Source of the DNA: Dehalococcoidia bacterium
GTDB taxonomy: Bacteria > Chloroflexota > Dehalococcoidia > UBA2979
Reading direction: 5' to 3'
NCBI GenBank assembly: GCA_963667465.2
Contig: CAXXDN010000002.1
Location: 416,001 to 480,000, forward strand
DNA: 64,000 bases
Below, one piece after another: positions 8,994 through 17,223 of this stretch (within the stretch, counting starts at the first letter, position 1; every line of letters starts with the position of its first letter). A program made the position numbers and the translations under genes. The notes below the pieces were generated by a model. It was not told the origin of the DNA. It searched no databases and saw only the letters and a list, made by a program, of their open reading frames with translations.

Positions 8994-10229
8994 ATGACGA
9001 TGGCGATTGCACCTCCTCCTACCCCGACGAACCGCTCCACGGGCACAACCGTGATGGGCGAGTCCGGGATTCCGACCTCGGAGATCCGTGACCGCTACTT
9101 CATGGTCTCGGCGGACAACCACATCAACGGCCCGCCCGACCTCTTCGAGAAGCGCGTCGACAAGCGCTTCCGCCACCGCCTGCCTCGCCAGGAGGTGGAC
9201 GAGAACGGCGTGAAGTGGTCGATCACCGAGGGCCTGCGCCCGATGAAGATCCGCGACTTCAAGCTCTCCGGCGAGGACCGCGAGCGCTCGATGGGCGGTT
9301 ACTTCGACTGGGAGAAGCGCTGGGCCGACCACGGCCGCGACGGCGTGGATGCCGAGATCGTCTTTCCCAATGGCGGTGGCCTCATGGCCTGGGCGACACC
9401 CGACCCGCGGCTCGCCACCGCGCTCTGCCGCGCGCAGAACGACTGGTACTACGAGGTCATTGGCGATCACTTCGATCGGACCATGCCGGCCGCGCTGATC
9501 GCCCCCGCCGACGTGGACGAGGCGATCAAGGAGGTCGATCGCGCCGTCAAAATGGGCTTCCGTGCGCTCAACATCCCGGTCCGCCCGTTCCATGAGAGCG
9601 CGGGCGCGAAGAGCTCGCAGATCGGCTACAACTCGCCGATGTTCGAGCCGCTCTGGAGCGCCATCGAGGACGCGGACGTGCCGCTGACCTGCCACGTCGC
9701 CACGGGCAAGGACCCGCGCACGGCGAGCGGCGAGGGCGGCGCGGTAATCAACTACGTCACGCACGCGCTGACGCCGGCGATCGAGCCGTTCACGCACTTC
9801 TGCGCCTCGGGCATCCTGGAGCGGCACCCGAAGCTGCGCTTCGGGACCGTCGAGTCCGGCATCGGCTTCGTGCCATGGATGCTCTCCGGCATGGACGAGG
9901 CGTACGAAAAGCACCACTTCTGGGTCTTCCCGAAGCTGAAGATGCTTCCCAGCGAGTACTTCCGGCAGCAGTGTTTCGCGACCTTCCAGGAAGACCCGGC
10001 CGGGATCCTGCTCGCGCGTGACTACCAGATCACGAAGAACGGGCTCTGGGGCAGCGACTACCCGCACCACGAGGGCTCCTGGCCGCACTCGGACGAGGCG
10101 ATCGCCCGCACGATGGGCCACCTCACCGAGGAGGAGCGCCGCGACGTGCTCGGCCTCAACGCCGCGCGCCTCTTCGGCTTCGACGTGCCGGAGCAGTACG
10201 ACTACGACATCGACGGCAACGACCGCTAG
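8994..10229 (+). CDS. Amidohydrolase family protein (Amidohydro_2)
   Basis: SADNH, LTCHV, VESGIGF, WGSDYPHHEG, LGLNAARLF. Confidence 0.9.
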   Translation: MTMAIAPPPTPTNRSTGTTVMGESGIPTSEIRDRYFMVSADNHINGPPDLFEKRVDKRFRHRLPRQEVDENGVKWSITEGLRPMKIRDFKLSGEDRERSMGGYFDWEKRWADHGRDGVDAEIVFPNGGGLMAWATPDPRLATALCRAQNDWYYEVIGDHFDRTMPAALIAPADVDEAIKEVDRAVKMGFRALNIPVRPFHESAGAKSSQIGYNSPMFEPLWSAIEDADVPLTCHVATGKDPRTASGEGGAVINYVTHALTPAIEPFTHFCASGILERHPKLRFGTVESGIGFVPWMLSGMDEAYEKHHFWVFPKLKMLPSEYFRQQCFATFQEDPAGILLARDYQITKNGLWGSDYPHHEGSWPHSDEAIARTMGHLTEEERRDVLGLNAARLFGFDVPEQYDYDIDGNDR

Positions 10230-10252
10230 GGCCGTACCGGACGCAGTCGAGG

Positions 10253-10276
10253 CGAGCCGCCCGCGAGGGCGGCTCG
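10253..10276 (+). terminator. Stem-loop, probable terminator or RNA-stabilising hairpin
   Basis: CGAGCCGCCC-GCGA-GGGCGGCTCG, perfect 10-bp stem with GNRA loop, downstream of the amidohydrolase. Confidence 0.55.
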
Positions 10277-10343
10277 TTCGTGTCCGGGGACAGCGAGGGC
10301 GCGCGATGCCTGCTACGCTGCGCGCCGATCCGGGGGGTGCATG

Positions 10344-11015
10344 ATGGCAGACGAGAACACGAGCGTGAGCCTGGCCGAACGATTCGACGCCGGAGCACGT
10401 GACTACGGCGGCTGGCTGGCCGCTCTCCCCGCCCATCGCGAGGAGTTCGAGCGTCACTACAAGGCGTACGAGCCGGTCGAGGACGACCACGGGCGCATGG
10501 AGCGGGCGGTCGAATTCGTTGGCGGCTCGCTCCGCGCGCTGGTCATCACCGACCCCACAACCCCTGACGACTGGCGCGGCGTCGCCGTCATGGCGAAGAT
10601 CGCCGACATATTCGGCGTCGATCTCTCGATCCTGCCCGCCGATGGCAACGAGGACCTCGTGGAGTCACGTACCAATAGCTACGGCGAGACGGGCACGCCG
10701 ACGATCGTCTTCCTCGATGGAGACGGGACGGAGCTCGGGCATCTCTCGGGGCGTCCGGACCAGGTGGAGATGGACGTCAACCGCGCGATCGAGGAAGAGC
10801 ACGGGTTCGACTTCCCGCTCGAGGGGCCCGAGTTCGAGGCTGCGGTGCAGGTCTACTTGCAGGGCGACGGCCGCAAGCGCGAGTCAGCCTGGCGGCACGC
10901 GCAACTGTGGGACACGGTCGGCGTCGTCGCTCCGGTGGTGCAACGCATCAGCCGCGGCACCATCGGCCCGATCGGCGTGCTGAAGCCGGACGCCTCACCG
11001 GCCCGCGAGGGGTAA
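10344..11015 (+). CDS. Thioredoxin-fold protein without cysteines
   Basis: ALVITD-PTTPD at the usual WCxxC site, TPTIVFLD cis-Pro strand, ELGHLSGRP. Confidence 0.6.
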   Translation: MADENTSVSLAERFDAGARDYGGWLAALPAHREEFERHYKAYEPVEDDHGRMERAVEFVGGSLRALVITDPTTPDDWRGVAVMAKIADIFGVDLSILPADGNEDLVESRTNSYGETGTPTIVFLDGDGTELGHLSGRPDQVEMDVNRAIEEEHGFDFPLEGPEFEAAVQVYLQGDGRKRESAWRHAQLWDTVGVVAPVVQRISRGTIGPIGVLKPDASPAREG

Positions 11016-11079
11016 GCCCCGGACCCACGTCGCGCGGGGAGCGCTCCACACCGGCGCACCACGGCAGACACGCGAGTTG

Positions 11080-11345
11080 CCTCGGAGGGTGGGTGTGCCC
11101 TCGGAGCGGCGCTGCGCGCCGGGCCCTCACCCTCCGCCCTCTCCCGCGGGGCGAGGGGACCGGATCCGCCATCGCACGTCCCGTGTGCGCCCTCGATGGT
11201 TCCGAGCGTTGCGCGCGGGCTGCGCCCGCTCCCCCTCACCCCCGCCCTCTCCCGCCGGGGGAGAGGGGGCCGGAGGGGGGTGGGGGCGCAGCCCCCACAG
11301 GAAAGAAACTCCGAGGGTGGGTGGGTGGGTCCGAGCGGCGCGCAG
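11080..11345. repeat. REP-like intergenic palindromic repeat cluster A
   Basis: Two CCCTCACCC(Y)CGCCCTCTCCC..GGG(A/C)GAGGGG units, GTGGGGGCGCAGCCCCCAC hairpin and (GGGT)3GGG; also found at 20.8-21.1 kb. Confidence 0.85.
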
Positions 11346-11366
11346 CGCCCGCTCGTCCGGGCGGCG

Positions 11367-11723
11367 CTAGTCGTCGATGCCGCGCACGGCGCTCTTCGGA
11401 TCGGCCGGGATGCGGGCGAACCGCTGCTTGCGGTCGAAATCGAGCTGCTCCGCCCAGACCTCACCCGGATCGTCAGCGAGCAGCACGTCCGCGTACTCCG
11501 CCTCGAGGCCCTCGGACGGCCAGCGCCGGATTCGCACGCCGATCGCCTCCGGGGGAATCGGCGCGATCTGCGTCTCGCCGCCGCGCCCGCTGTAGAACCA
11601 CTCGCCCTCGACACCCTCGTCCTCGTCGACGATCCAGGAGGCGAACCAGAGCAGGCCGAAGCCTTCCTCGTTCATGAGCTCCGGCCAGTGCAGCGTCAGC
11701 GCCGTGTTTCCGTTGTCTGCCAT
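11367..11723 (-). CDS. Hypothetical acidic protein
   Basis: 118-aa ORF with coding-like codon usage and GGAGG RBS. Confidence 0.65.
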   Translation of the reverse strand: MADNGNTALTLHWPELMNEEGFGLLWFASWIVDEDEGVEGEWFYSGRGGETQIAPIPPEAIGVRIRRWPSEGLEAEYADVLLADDPGEVWAEQLDFDRKQRFARIPADPKSAVRGIDD

Positions 11724-11784
11724 GACAGGGTGCCTCCACCAGGAACGCCGGACGCTGCGAGGATGGCGAGCGCGCCCGTGCCCG

Positions 11785-12264
11785 TCAACCGCCGTCGCTC
11801 TCGCCGCCGACGTCGACCACGAGGCTCCCGTGCAGGCCCTCGTGGCCGGGTAGGACGCAGAAGAAGCTGAGTGCGCCCTGCTGCGGTGCGTGGATGCGGA
11901 TGACCGTGTCGCCGTCCGGCGCGACCCGCTCGTCGATCTCCGCGCCGCCGAGCCCGCTGAGCACGAAGAGGTGCGGCGCGCCGGCGCTGCCATCGAGCAC
12001 GAAGTCGATCACCTCGCCGGGCCGCACCGCCAGCCCGCGCAGGTCCAGCTGGCCGGTCGAGGCGTCCACGATGATCGTGCGCGCGGCCGTTTCCGCGCCG
12101 AGATCGCGCTCGATCGGCGCGAGCCCGTCGTGGGAGTGCGCGCCCTGCCACACGGCCCAGACGAGCGCGGCGCCGAGGACCAGCAGGGCGGCGACCCGGC
12201 GTGGGCGAAACGCCCCGGGGCGGAGCGGGGAGCGGTTACGCAGGGTCTGGCTGAGACTGCGCAT
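11785..12264 (-). CDS. Membrane-anchored cupredoxin-domain protein
   Basis: N-terminal TM helix, VRPGEVIDF, PHLF, FFCVLPGHEGLHGSLVV. Confidence 0.75.
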   Translation of the reverse strand: MRSLSQTLRNRSPLRPGAFRPRRVAALLVLGAALVWAVWQGAHSHDGLAPIERDLGAETAARTIIVDASTGQLDLRGLAVRPGEVIDFVLDGSAGAPHLFVLSGLGGAEIDERVAPDGDTVIRIHAPQQGALSFFCVLPGHEGLHGSLVVDVGGESDGG

Positions 12265-12345
12265 GCCTCGGACTTCCTCGTGCCTCCAGAGTACCGCCTC
12301 GTGGAGCGGGTGGCGTGGCAGCGCAAGCAGCGCCAGACTTGCGGC

Positions 12346-13491
12346 ATGAACCTGTCGCTCTCGAGGCTGCAGACGCTCGTCTACCTCGCAATCGGCCTGC
12401 TGCTGCTCGTCTTCGTCGTCGCACTGCCCGCAGCCGGCGTCTTCGAGACGCCCTCGATCAACCCCTTCGATGGCGAGAGCAGTGAGGCTGTCGTCGTGAC
12501 CGTCGAGGAGACAGCGCGGGAGCAGACCGCCGGTGGCATGGCGCTCGTCTTCCAGCGGGTCGGGCTGCGCCTCGATGACGGCGAAACGGTGACCATCGAC
12601 CGGCAGATCGCACGGGACGACGCGTTCGCGATCCGGGTCAAACCCGGAGACGACGTGCTCGTCACGGCCTACGACGCCGGCGGCGGCCAGACGGCCTACT
12701 TCATCGCCGATCGGCTGCGGACGTTCCCGCTCTGGGTGCTGGGCGCCGTCTTCGCGGCGGCGGTCGTGCTGGTCGGACGCTGGCGAGGGGTCTGGTCGCT
12801 GGTCGGGCTGGTCGCGAGTTTCCTCGTGATCGTGCGCTTCATCGTGCCGGCGATCCTCTCCGGGATGAGCCCGCTGGTCGCCACGCTGATCGGCGCGAGC
12901 GTGATCATGACCACCACGCTCGTTCTCGCCCACGGTGCGAGCAGGAAGTCGGGGACTGCCCTCGTGGGGACCGTGCTCAGCCTGCTGCTCGCGGTCCTGC
13001 TCGCGACGTTCGCGGTCGAGGTCACGGCGCTGACCGGCCTGGCCGGCGACCAGGAGGCGACACTGCAGCTGCTCTCGGGTGGCTCGATCGACGCTCGCGG
13101 CGTGCTGCTCGGCGGCATCATCATCGGCGCGCTCGGCGTGCTCGACGACGTCACGGCCACGCAGTCCTCGGCGGTCTTCGAGCTGCGGCGCGCGAACCCG
13201 CTGCTGGGCGCTGGCGAGCTGTTCGCGCGAGGGCTCAACGTCGGCCGCGACCACATCGCCTCGACGGCGAACACGCTGGTGCTGGCTTACGCGGGCGCGG
13301 CGCTGCCGCTGATCGTGATCCTCTCCGTGCAGCCGGAGCCGCTCGGCCTGCTGATCAGCCGCGAGCAGATCTCCACCGAGATCGTGCGCACGCTCGTCGG
13401 CAGCATCGGCATCGTTGCCGCCGTGCCGATCACCACCGCCATCGCGGCGCTCGCCGCGGGCGCCCTCGAGGAGGGCGAGGCGCCGGCATGA
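12346..13491 (+). CDS. YibE/F family membrane protein
   Basis: IIIGALGVLDDVTATQ, GRDHIAST.NTLVLAYAGA, EIVRTLVGSIG. Confidence 0.9.
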   Translation: MNLSLSRLQTLVYLAIGLLLLVFVVALPAAGVFETPSINPFDGESSEAVVVTVEETAREQTAGGMALVFQRVGLRLDDGETVTIDRQIARDDAFAIRVKPGDDVLVTAYDAGGGQTAYFIADRLRTFPLWVLGAVFAAAVVLVGRWRGVWSLVGLVASFLVIVRFIVPAILSGMSPLVATLIGASVIMTTTLVLAHGASRKSGTALVGTVLSLLLAVLLATFAVEVTALTGLAGDQEATLQLLSGGSIDARGVLLGGIIIGALGVLDDVTATQSSAVFELRRANPLLGAGELFARGLNVGRDHIASTANTLVLAYAGAALPLIVILSVQPEPLGLLISREQISTEIVRTLVGSIGIVAAVPITTAIAALAAGALEEGEAPA

Positions 13492-13946
13492 CGGCGCACT
13501 GCACCTTCTGCGCGATCGCGGCGGGCGAGGCGGAGGCGGAGGTCGTTCTCGAGGACAAGCGGTTTCTCGCCTTCCTCGATCACCGCCCCGTGTTCCACGG
13601 CCACGTGCTGCTGATCCCGCGCGAACACGCCGAGACGCTGCCGGACCTGCCGCGAGGGGACGCGGGTCCGCTGCTGGAGCGCGCGCAGCTGCTCGCGCGC
13701 GCCGTCCCGCAGGCGATGGGCGCCGAGGGCACGTTCGTGGCGATCAATAACGGTGTCAGTCAGAGCGTGCCGCACCTGCACGTGCACGTCGTCCCGCGCT
13801 CGCGCGGTGACGGTCTGCGAGGCTTCTTCTGGCCGCGCCACACGTACGAAAGCACCTCGCAACTGCGCGACACCGCCGAGCGCGTCCGCGCCGCTGTCGA
13901 GCGCCTGAGCGCGGGCGGGGACGGCGAGCCCGAAGCGCGCGCGTGA
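13488..13946 (+). CDS. HIT family hydrolase
   Basis: CTFCAI, QSVPHLHVHVVPR histidine triad. Confidence 0.93.
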   Translation: MTAHCTFCAIAAGEAEAEVVLEDKRFLAFLDHRPVFHGHVLLIPREHAETLPDLPRGDAGPLLERAQLLARAVPQAMGAEGTFVAINNGVSQSVPHLHVHVVPRSRGDGLRGFFWPRHTYESTSQLRDTAERVRAAVERLSAGGDGEPEARA

Positions 13947-13988
13947 CGTAGACTCTGGCCGCGCGGCGGGCGCTGGGAGGCAATCAGG

Positions 13989-14222
13989 ATGGCGGAAGCG
14001 CTACAGGTCATCGAGCTGCCCGAGACGCACGTGCGCATCGTCGTGGAGGGCGACGCGACCCCGCTGCTGCGTCGCGGCGGCGGCGACAGCTTCGGCTGCG
14101 GCGCCTGCGGCGCCACGCTCGTCGAGGACGCCTGGAGCTGGGAAATCTACAACCTCGTTCTGCATTGCCCTGGCTGCGGGGCGCACAACGAGGTCGGGAA
14201 GCCGGCCACGGAAGGCCGCTAA
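13989..14222 (+). CDS. Small Zn-finger protein
   Basis: CGAC...CPGC; 77 aa; operonic position. Confidence 0.65.
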   Translation: MAEALQVIELPETHVRIVVEGDATPLLRRGGGDSFGCGACGATLVEDAWSWEIYNLVLHCPGCGAHNEVGKPATEGR

Positions 14223-14252
14223 GGGACCGCCACGGAGTCGCTGAGGAGCACC

Positions 14253-15278
14253 ATGCAAGTCTGGGCCTCGAAACCGCGCGACATGCCGCCGAAGGAGGTG
14301 GGTGATTACGCCCGCCGCGTCGAGGCGCTGGGCTACGACGGGCTGACCGTCTCCGAGGGCGTCCACGACGGCTCCGTCAACGCCTGGGCCGCCCTCGCGG
14401 CGACCACCGAGCTGCGGGTCGCCGTCAGCGTCTTCGTCGCCTTCTCGCGCAGCCCGATGTCGCTCGCCTACGCCTGCTGGGACTTGCAGGATTTCGCCGG
14501 TGGGCGCTTCGTGATCGGCCTCGGCACGCAGGTCAAGGCGAACATCGAGCAGCGCTTCTCGATGCCGTGGACCCCGCCCGTGCCGCGCATGCGCGAGTAT
14601 GTGCGGTCGCTGCGCGCGATCTTCGACACCTGGGCGGCGCAGGACGGCACGCGCCTGCGTTTCGAGGGCGAGCACTACCGCTTCACGCGCATGCAGCCGT
14701 ACTTCACTCCCACCCCGATCGAGCACCCCGAGATCCCGATCTACCTCGGCGCCGTCGGCCCCGCGATGACGCGCCTCACCGGCGAGGTCGCCGACGGGTT
14801 CTTCACGCACAGCTGCAATAGCGACCCGCGGGCCATCCGCGAGCTCGCGCTGCCGGCCGTCGAGGCTGGCGCGCAGCGCTCCGGCCGCTCGCTGGACGAT
14901 GTCGACGTCATGGTCTCGCCCTACATGAACACCGGCTCGACGGCCGAGGAGATCGCGGAGGCGCGCGAGGCCAACCGCCGCCAGATGGGGATCATGTACT
15001 CGACCCCGAACTACTGGGGTCCGCTGCGCCTGCGCGGGATCGAGGACCTCGGCACGCGGCTCCGCGAGCTCACCCGCGAGAACCGCTGGGGTGAGCTGGC
15101 AGACCTGCTCGACGACGACCTCGTCGACGAGATCGCGATCACCGGCGATTACATCGACTCGGCGCACCTGCTCAAGGAGCGCTACGGCGAACTGCCGGTC
15201 TCGCTGCGCTTCCCGCTGCCGGACGACCCCGCCGACGACGGACAGATCGCGAGGGCGCTCGAGATCCTCCGGGACTGA
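14253..15278 (+). CDS. LLM-class (probably F420-dependent) oxidoreductase
   Basis: GGRFVIGLGTQVKANIEQRF, RMREYV, GAVGPAM, GEVADG. Confidence 0.9.
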   Translation: MQVWASKPRDMPPKEVGDYARRVEALGYDGLTVSEGVHDGSVNAWAALAATTELRVAVSVFVAFSRSPMSLAYACWDLQDFAGGRFVIGLGTQVKANIEQRFSMPWTPPVPRMREYVRSLRAIFDTWAAQDGTRLRFEGEHYRFTRMQPYFTPTPIEHPEIPIYLGAVGPAMTRLTGEVADGFFTHSCNSDPRAIRELALPAVEAGAQRSGRSLDDVDVMVSPYMNTGSTAEEIAEAREANRRQMGIMYSTPNYWGPLRLRGIEDLGTRLRELTRENRWGELADLLDDDLVDEIAITGDYIDSAHLLKERYGELPVSLRFPLPDDPADDGQIARALEILRD

Positions 15279-15279
15279 C

Positions 15280-15735
15280 GTGACCCCCCCGGACCAGCTG
15301 GACAACCGCTCTCCGAGCCGGCCACGGCCGGTCCTCGACGCGCTCTCGCGCGCGTACTGGGAGGCGGCAGGCCGGGGCGAGCTGGCGATCCAGCGCTGCG
15401 AGGAGTGCAGCCACTATCAGCACCCGCCGCTCCCGATCTGCCAGCGCTGCACCTCGGCGAACTTTGGCTACCCCGCCGTCAGCGGGCGCGGGGTCGTGCA
15501 CAGCTTCACCACGAACCACCAGCGCAACGTCGCCGGCTTCGAGCAGGCCGTGCCCTACATCAACCTGATCGTCGAGCTCGAGGAGCAGCCGCAGCTCTAC
15601 CTGCTGAGCGACCTTCCGGCCGGCGAGTCGGAATGGGTCGCGATCGGCGTACCCGTCGAGGTCATGTTCGAGCCGATCGAGGCGGCCGAGGGTGAGGCGA
15701 TCGCGCTGCCGCAGTTCCGCCCGGCGGACGGGTAG
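15280..15735 (+). CDS. Zn-ribbon/OB-fold protein (DUF35)
   Basis: CEEC...CQRC, SGRGVVHSF, VELEEQP. Confidence 0.9.
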   Translation: MTPPDQLDNRSPSRPRPVLDALSRAYWEAAGRGELAIQRCEECSHYQHPPLPICQRCTSANFGYPAVSGRGVVHSFTTNHQRNVAGFEQAVPYINLIVELEEQPQLYLLSDLPAGESEWVAIGVPVEVMFEPIEAAEGEAIALPQFRPADG

Positions 15736-15745
15736 GGACTCCGCC

Positions 15746-16930
15746 ATGTGGGAGGCCAGGGGCAAGACCGCAGTCGCCGGCATCGGCTTCTCGCAGTTGA
15801 CGCGCACGCACGACCGCCCGCTCGGGCAGCTCGCGATCGAGGCCTGCCGCGCCGCGATCGCCGATGCCGGCATCGAGGCCTCGCAGATCGACGGGCTGGC
15901 GACGCACCCGGACCAGCCGTTCCGCGGCGCGGGCAACCGCGCGGGCGAGGACCTGGTTCCGGCGACCTTCCTGATCGACCACCTCGACATTGGCAACGAG
16001 ATCGAGTGGTACGCGCAGGTCTCGGCGGGCTTGATCCCGAGCGCGATCATCGAGGCGCTGAACGCGCTGCTGGCCGGCGCCTGCAACTACGCCCTCGTCT
16101 GGCGCGCGATGCACCGCCCGGCTGGCGCCTACGGTGCGTGGCGCGAACCGTTCGCCGGCGGCGATAGCCAGTTCACCGCGCCTTACGGCTACACCAGCCC
16201 CTTCCAGCTCCACGCCGTGGCCTACCAGCGCTACATGCACCGCTACGGCGCGACCCGCGAGGAGATGGCCGCGCTGGTCACGAACAGCCGCGCCAACGCC
16301 CAGCGCAACGAATCGGCCTTCTTCTACGGCACGCCAATGTCCGTCGACGACTACCTCGCGGCGCGTATGATCTCGGAGCCGATCTGCCTCTTCGACTGCG
16401 ACATTCCCGTCGAGGGCTGTGCGGCGCTTGTGCTCACCACCGCCGAGCGCGCCCGCGACTTGCCGAGGCCGCCCGCCTACGTCGCCGCCTGGGGGCAGCA
16501 CACCGCGCCGCGGCCGACGTACGTGAACTACATGCTCGACGACTACATGGCCTGCGGCGCCTCGACGGCGGGCAAGCTCTGGTCACGCTCGGGCCTCGGG
16601 CCCGGCGACGTGGACGCGGCGCAGCTCTACGACGGCTTCAGCCCCTCGACCTACTACTGGCTGGAGTCGGCCGGATTCTGTCCCGAGGGCGAGGCGCACC
16701 GCTTCGTGCAGGACGGCCGCGTCGCCCTCGACGGCGAGTTGCCGGTCAACACGTTCGGCGGATCGCTTTCCGAGGGCCGCCTGCACGGCATGGGCCACAT
16801 CGCCGAGGCAGCGCGCCAGGTCTCCGGCCGCGCCGGCCCGCGCCAGGTCGAGGACGCCGAGGTCTCGGTCGCCCTCGACGGATCGCCGCTGCTGCGCGGC
16901 GGCGGGCTGCTGTTCACGCGGGAGCCGTAG
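15746..16930 (+). CDS. Thiolase-family protein (Ltp2/SCPx-like)
   Basis: AVAGIGFS, CLFDCDIPVEG, LYDGFS, NTFGGSLSEGRLHG. Confidence 0.9.
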   Translation: MWEARGKTAVAGIGFSQLTRTHDRPLGQLAIEACRAAIADAGIEASQIDGLATHPDQPFRGAGNRAGEDLVPATFLIDHLDIGNEIEWYAQVSAGLIPSAIIEALNALLAGACNYALVWRAMHRPAGAYGAWREPFAGGDSQFTAPYGYTSPFQLHAVAYQRYMHRYGATREEMAALVTNSRANAQRNESAFFYGTPMSVDDYLAARMISEPICLFDCDIPVEGCAALVLTTAERARDLPRPPAYVAAWGQHTAPRPTYVNYMLDDYMACGASTAGKLWSRSGLGPGDVDAAQLYDGFSPSTYYWLESAGFCPEGEAHRFVQDGRVALDGELPVNTFGGSLSEGRLHGMGHIAEAARQVSGRAGPRQVEDAEVSVALDGSPLLRGGGLLFTREP

Positions 16931-17052
16931 GGGCAGGCGGCGGACTACGCGGAAGCGCCGCGACGCCAGCCGTGCGCGCACTCTCGACGAGGTTTGGCCG
17001 GTCCGAAGCGTAGCGCGTGGCCGAAGGATCTGAGTCTCAGGCGGGAAGACCG

Positions 17053-17223
17053 CTACGTGGACGAGGGGACCGGCGGCTCCTCGAAGTGGAGTTCCAGCGC
17101 CTCGCGGAGGTTGGCGAGGGCGTCATCGATCGATTCGCCCTGGCTGGCGACGTCGACATCCAGCGCCTGTGCGACGTACCACTCGCCCTCGCGGCACACG
17201 CTTGCAGTGAACACTCGCTTCAT
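17053..17223 (-). CDS. hicB: HicB-family antitoxin (orphan, short)
   Basis: EGEWYVAQ..DVASQGESIDDALANLREALELHF; ATGA overlap with the upstream CoA-transferase stop. Confidence 0.8.
   Translation of the reverse strand: MKRVFTASVCREGEWYVAQALDVDVASQGESIDDALANLREALELHFEEPPVPSST

Noticed and set aside
10540-10580. Selenocysteine in the thioredoxin-like active site
   Set aside because: No in-frame TGA; the codons read GAC CCC ACA ACC CCT GAC GAC
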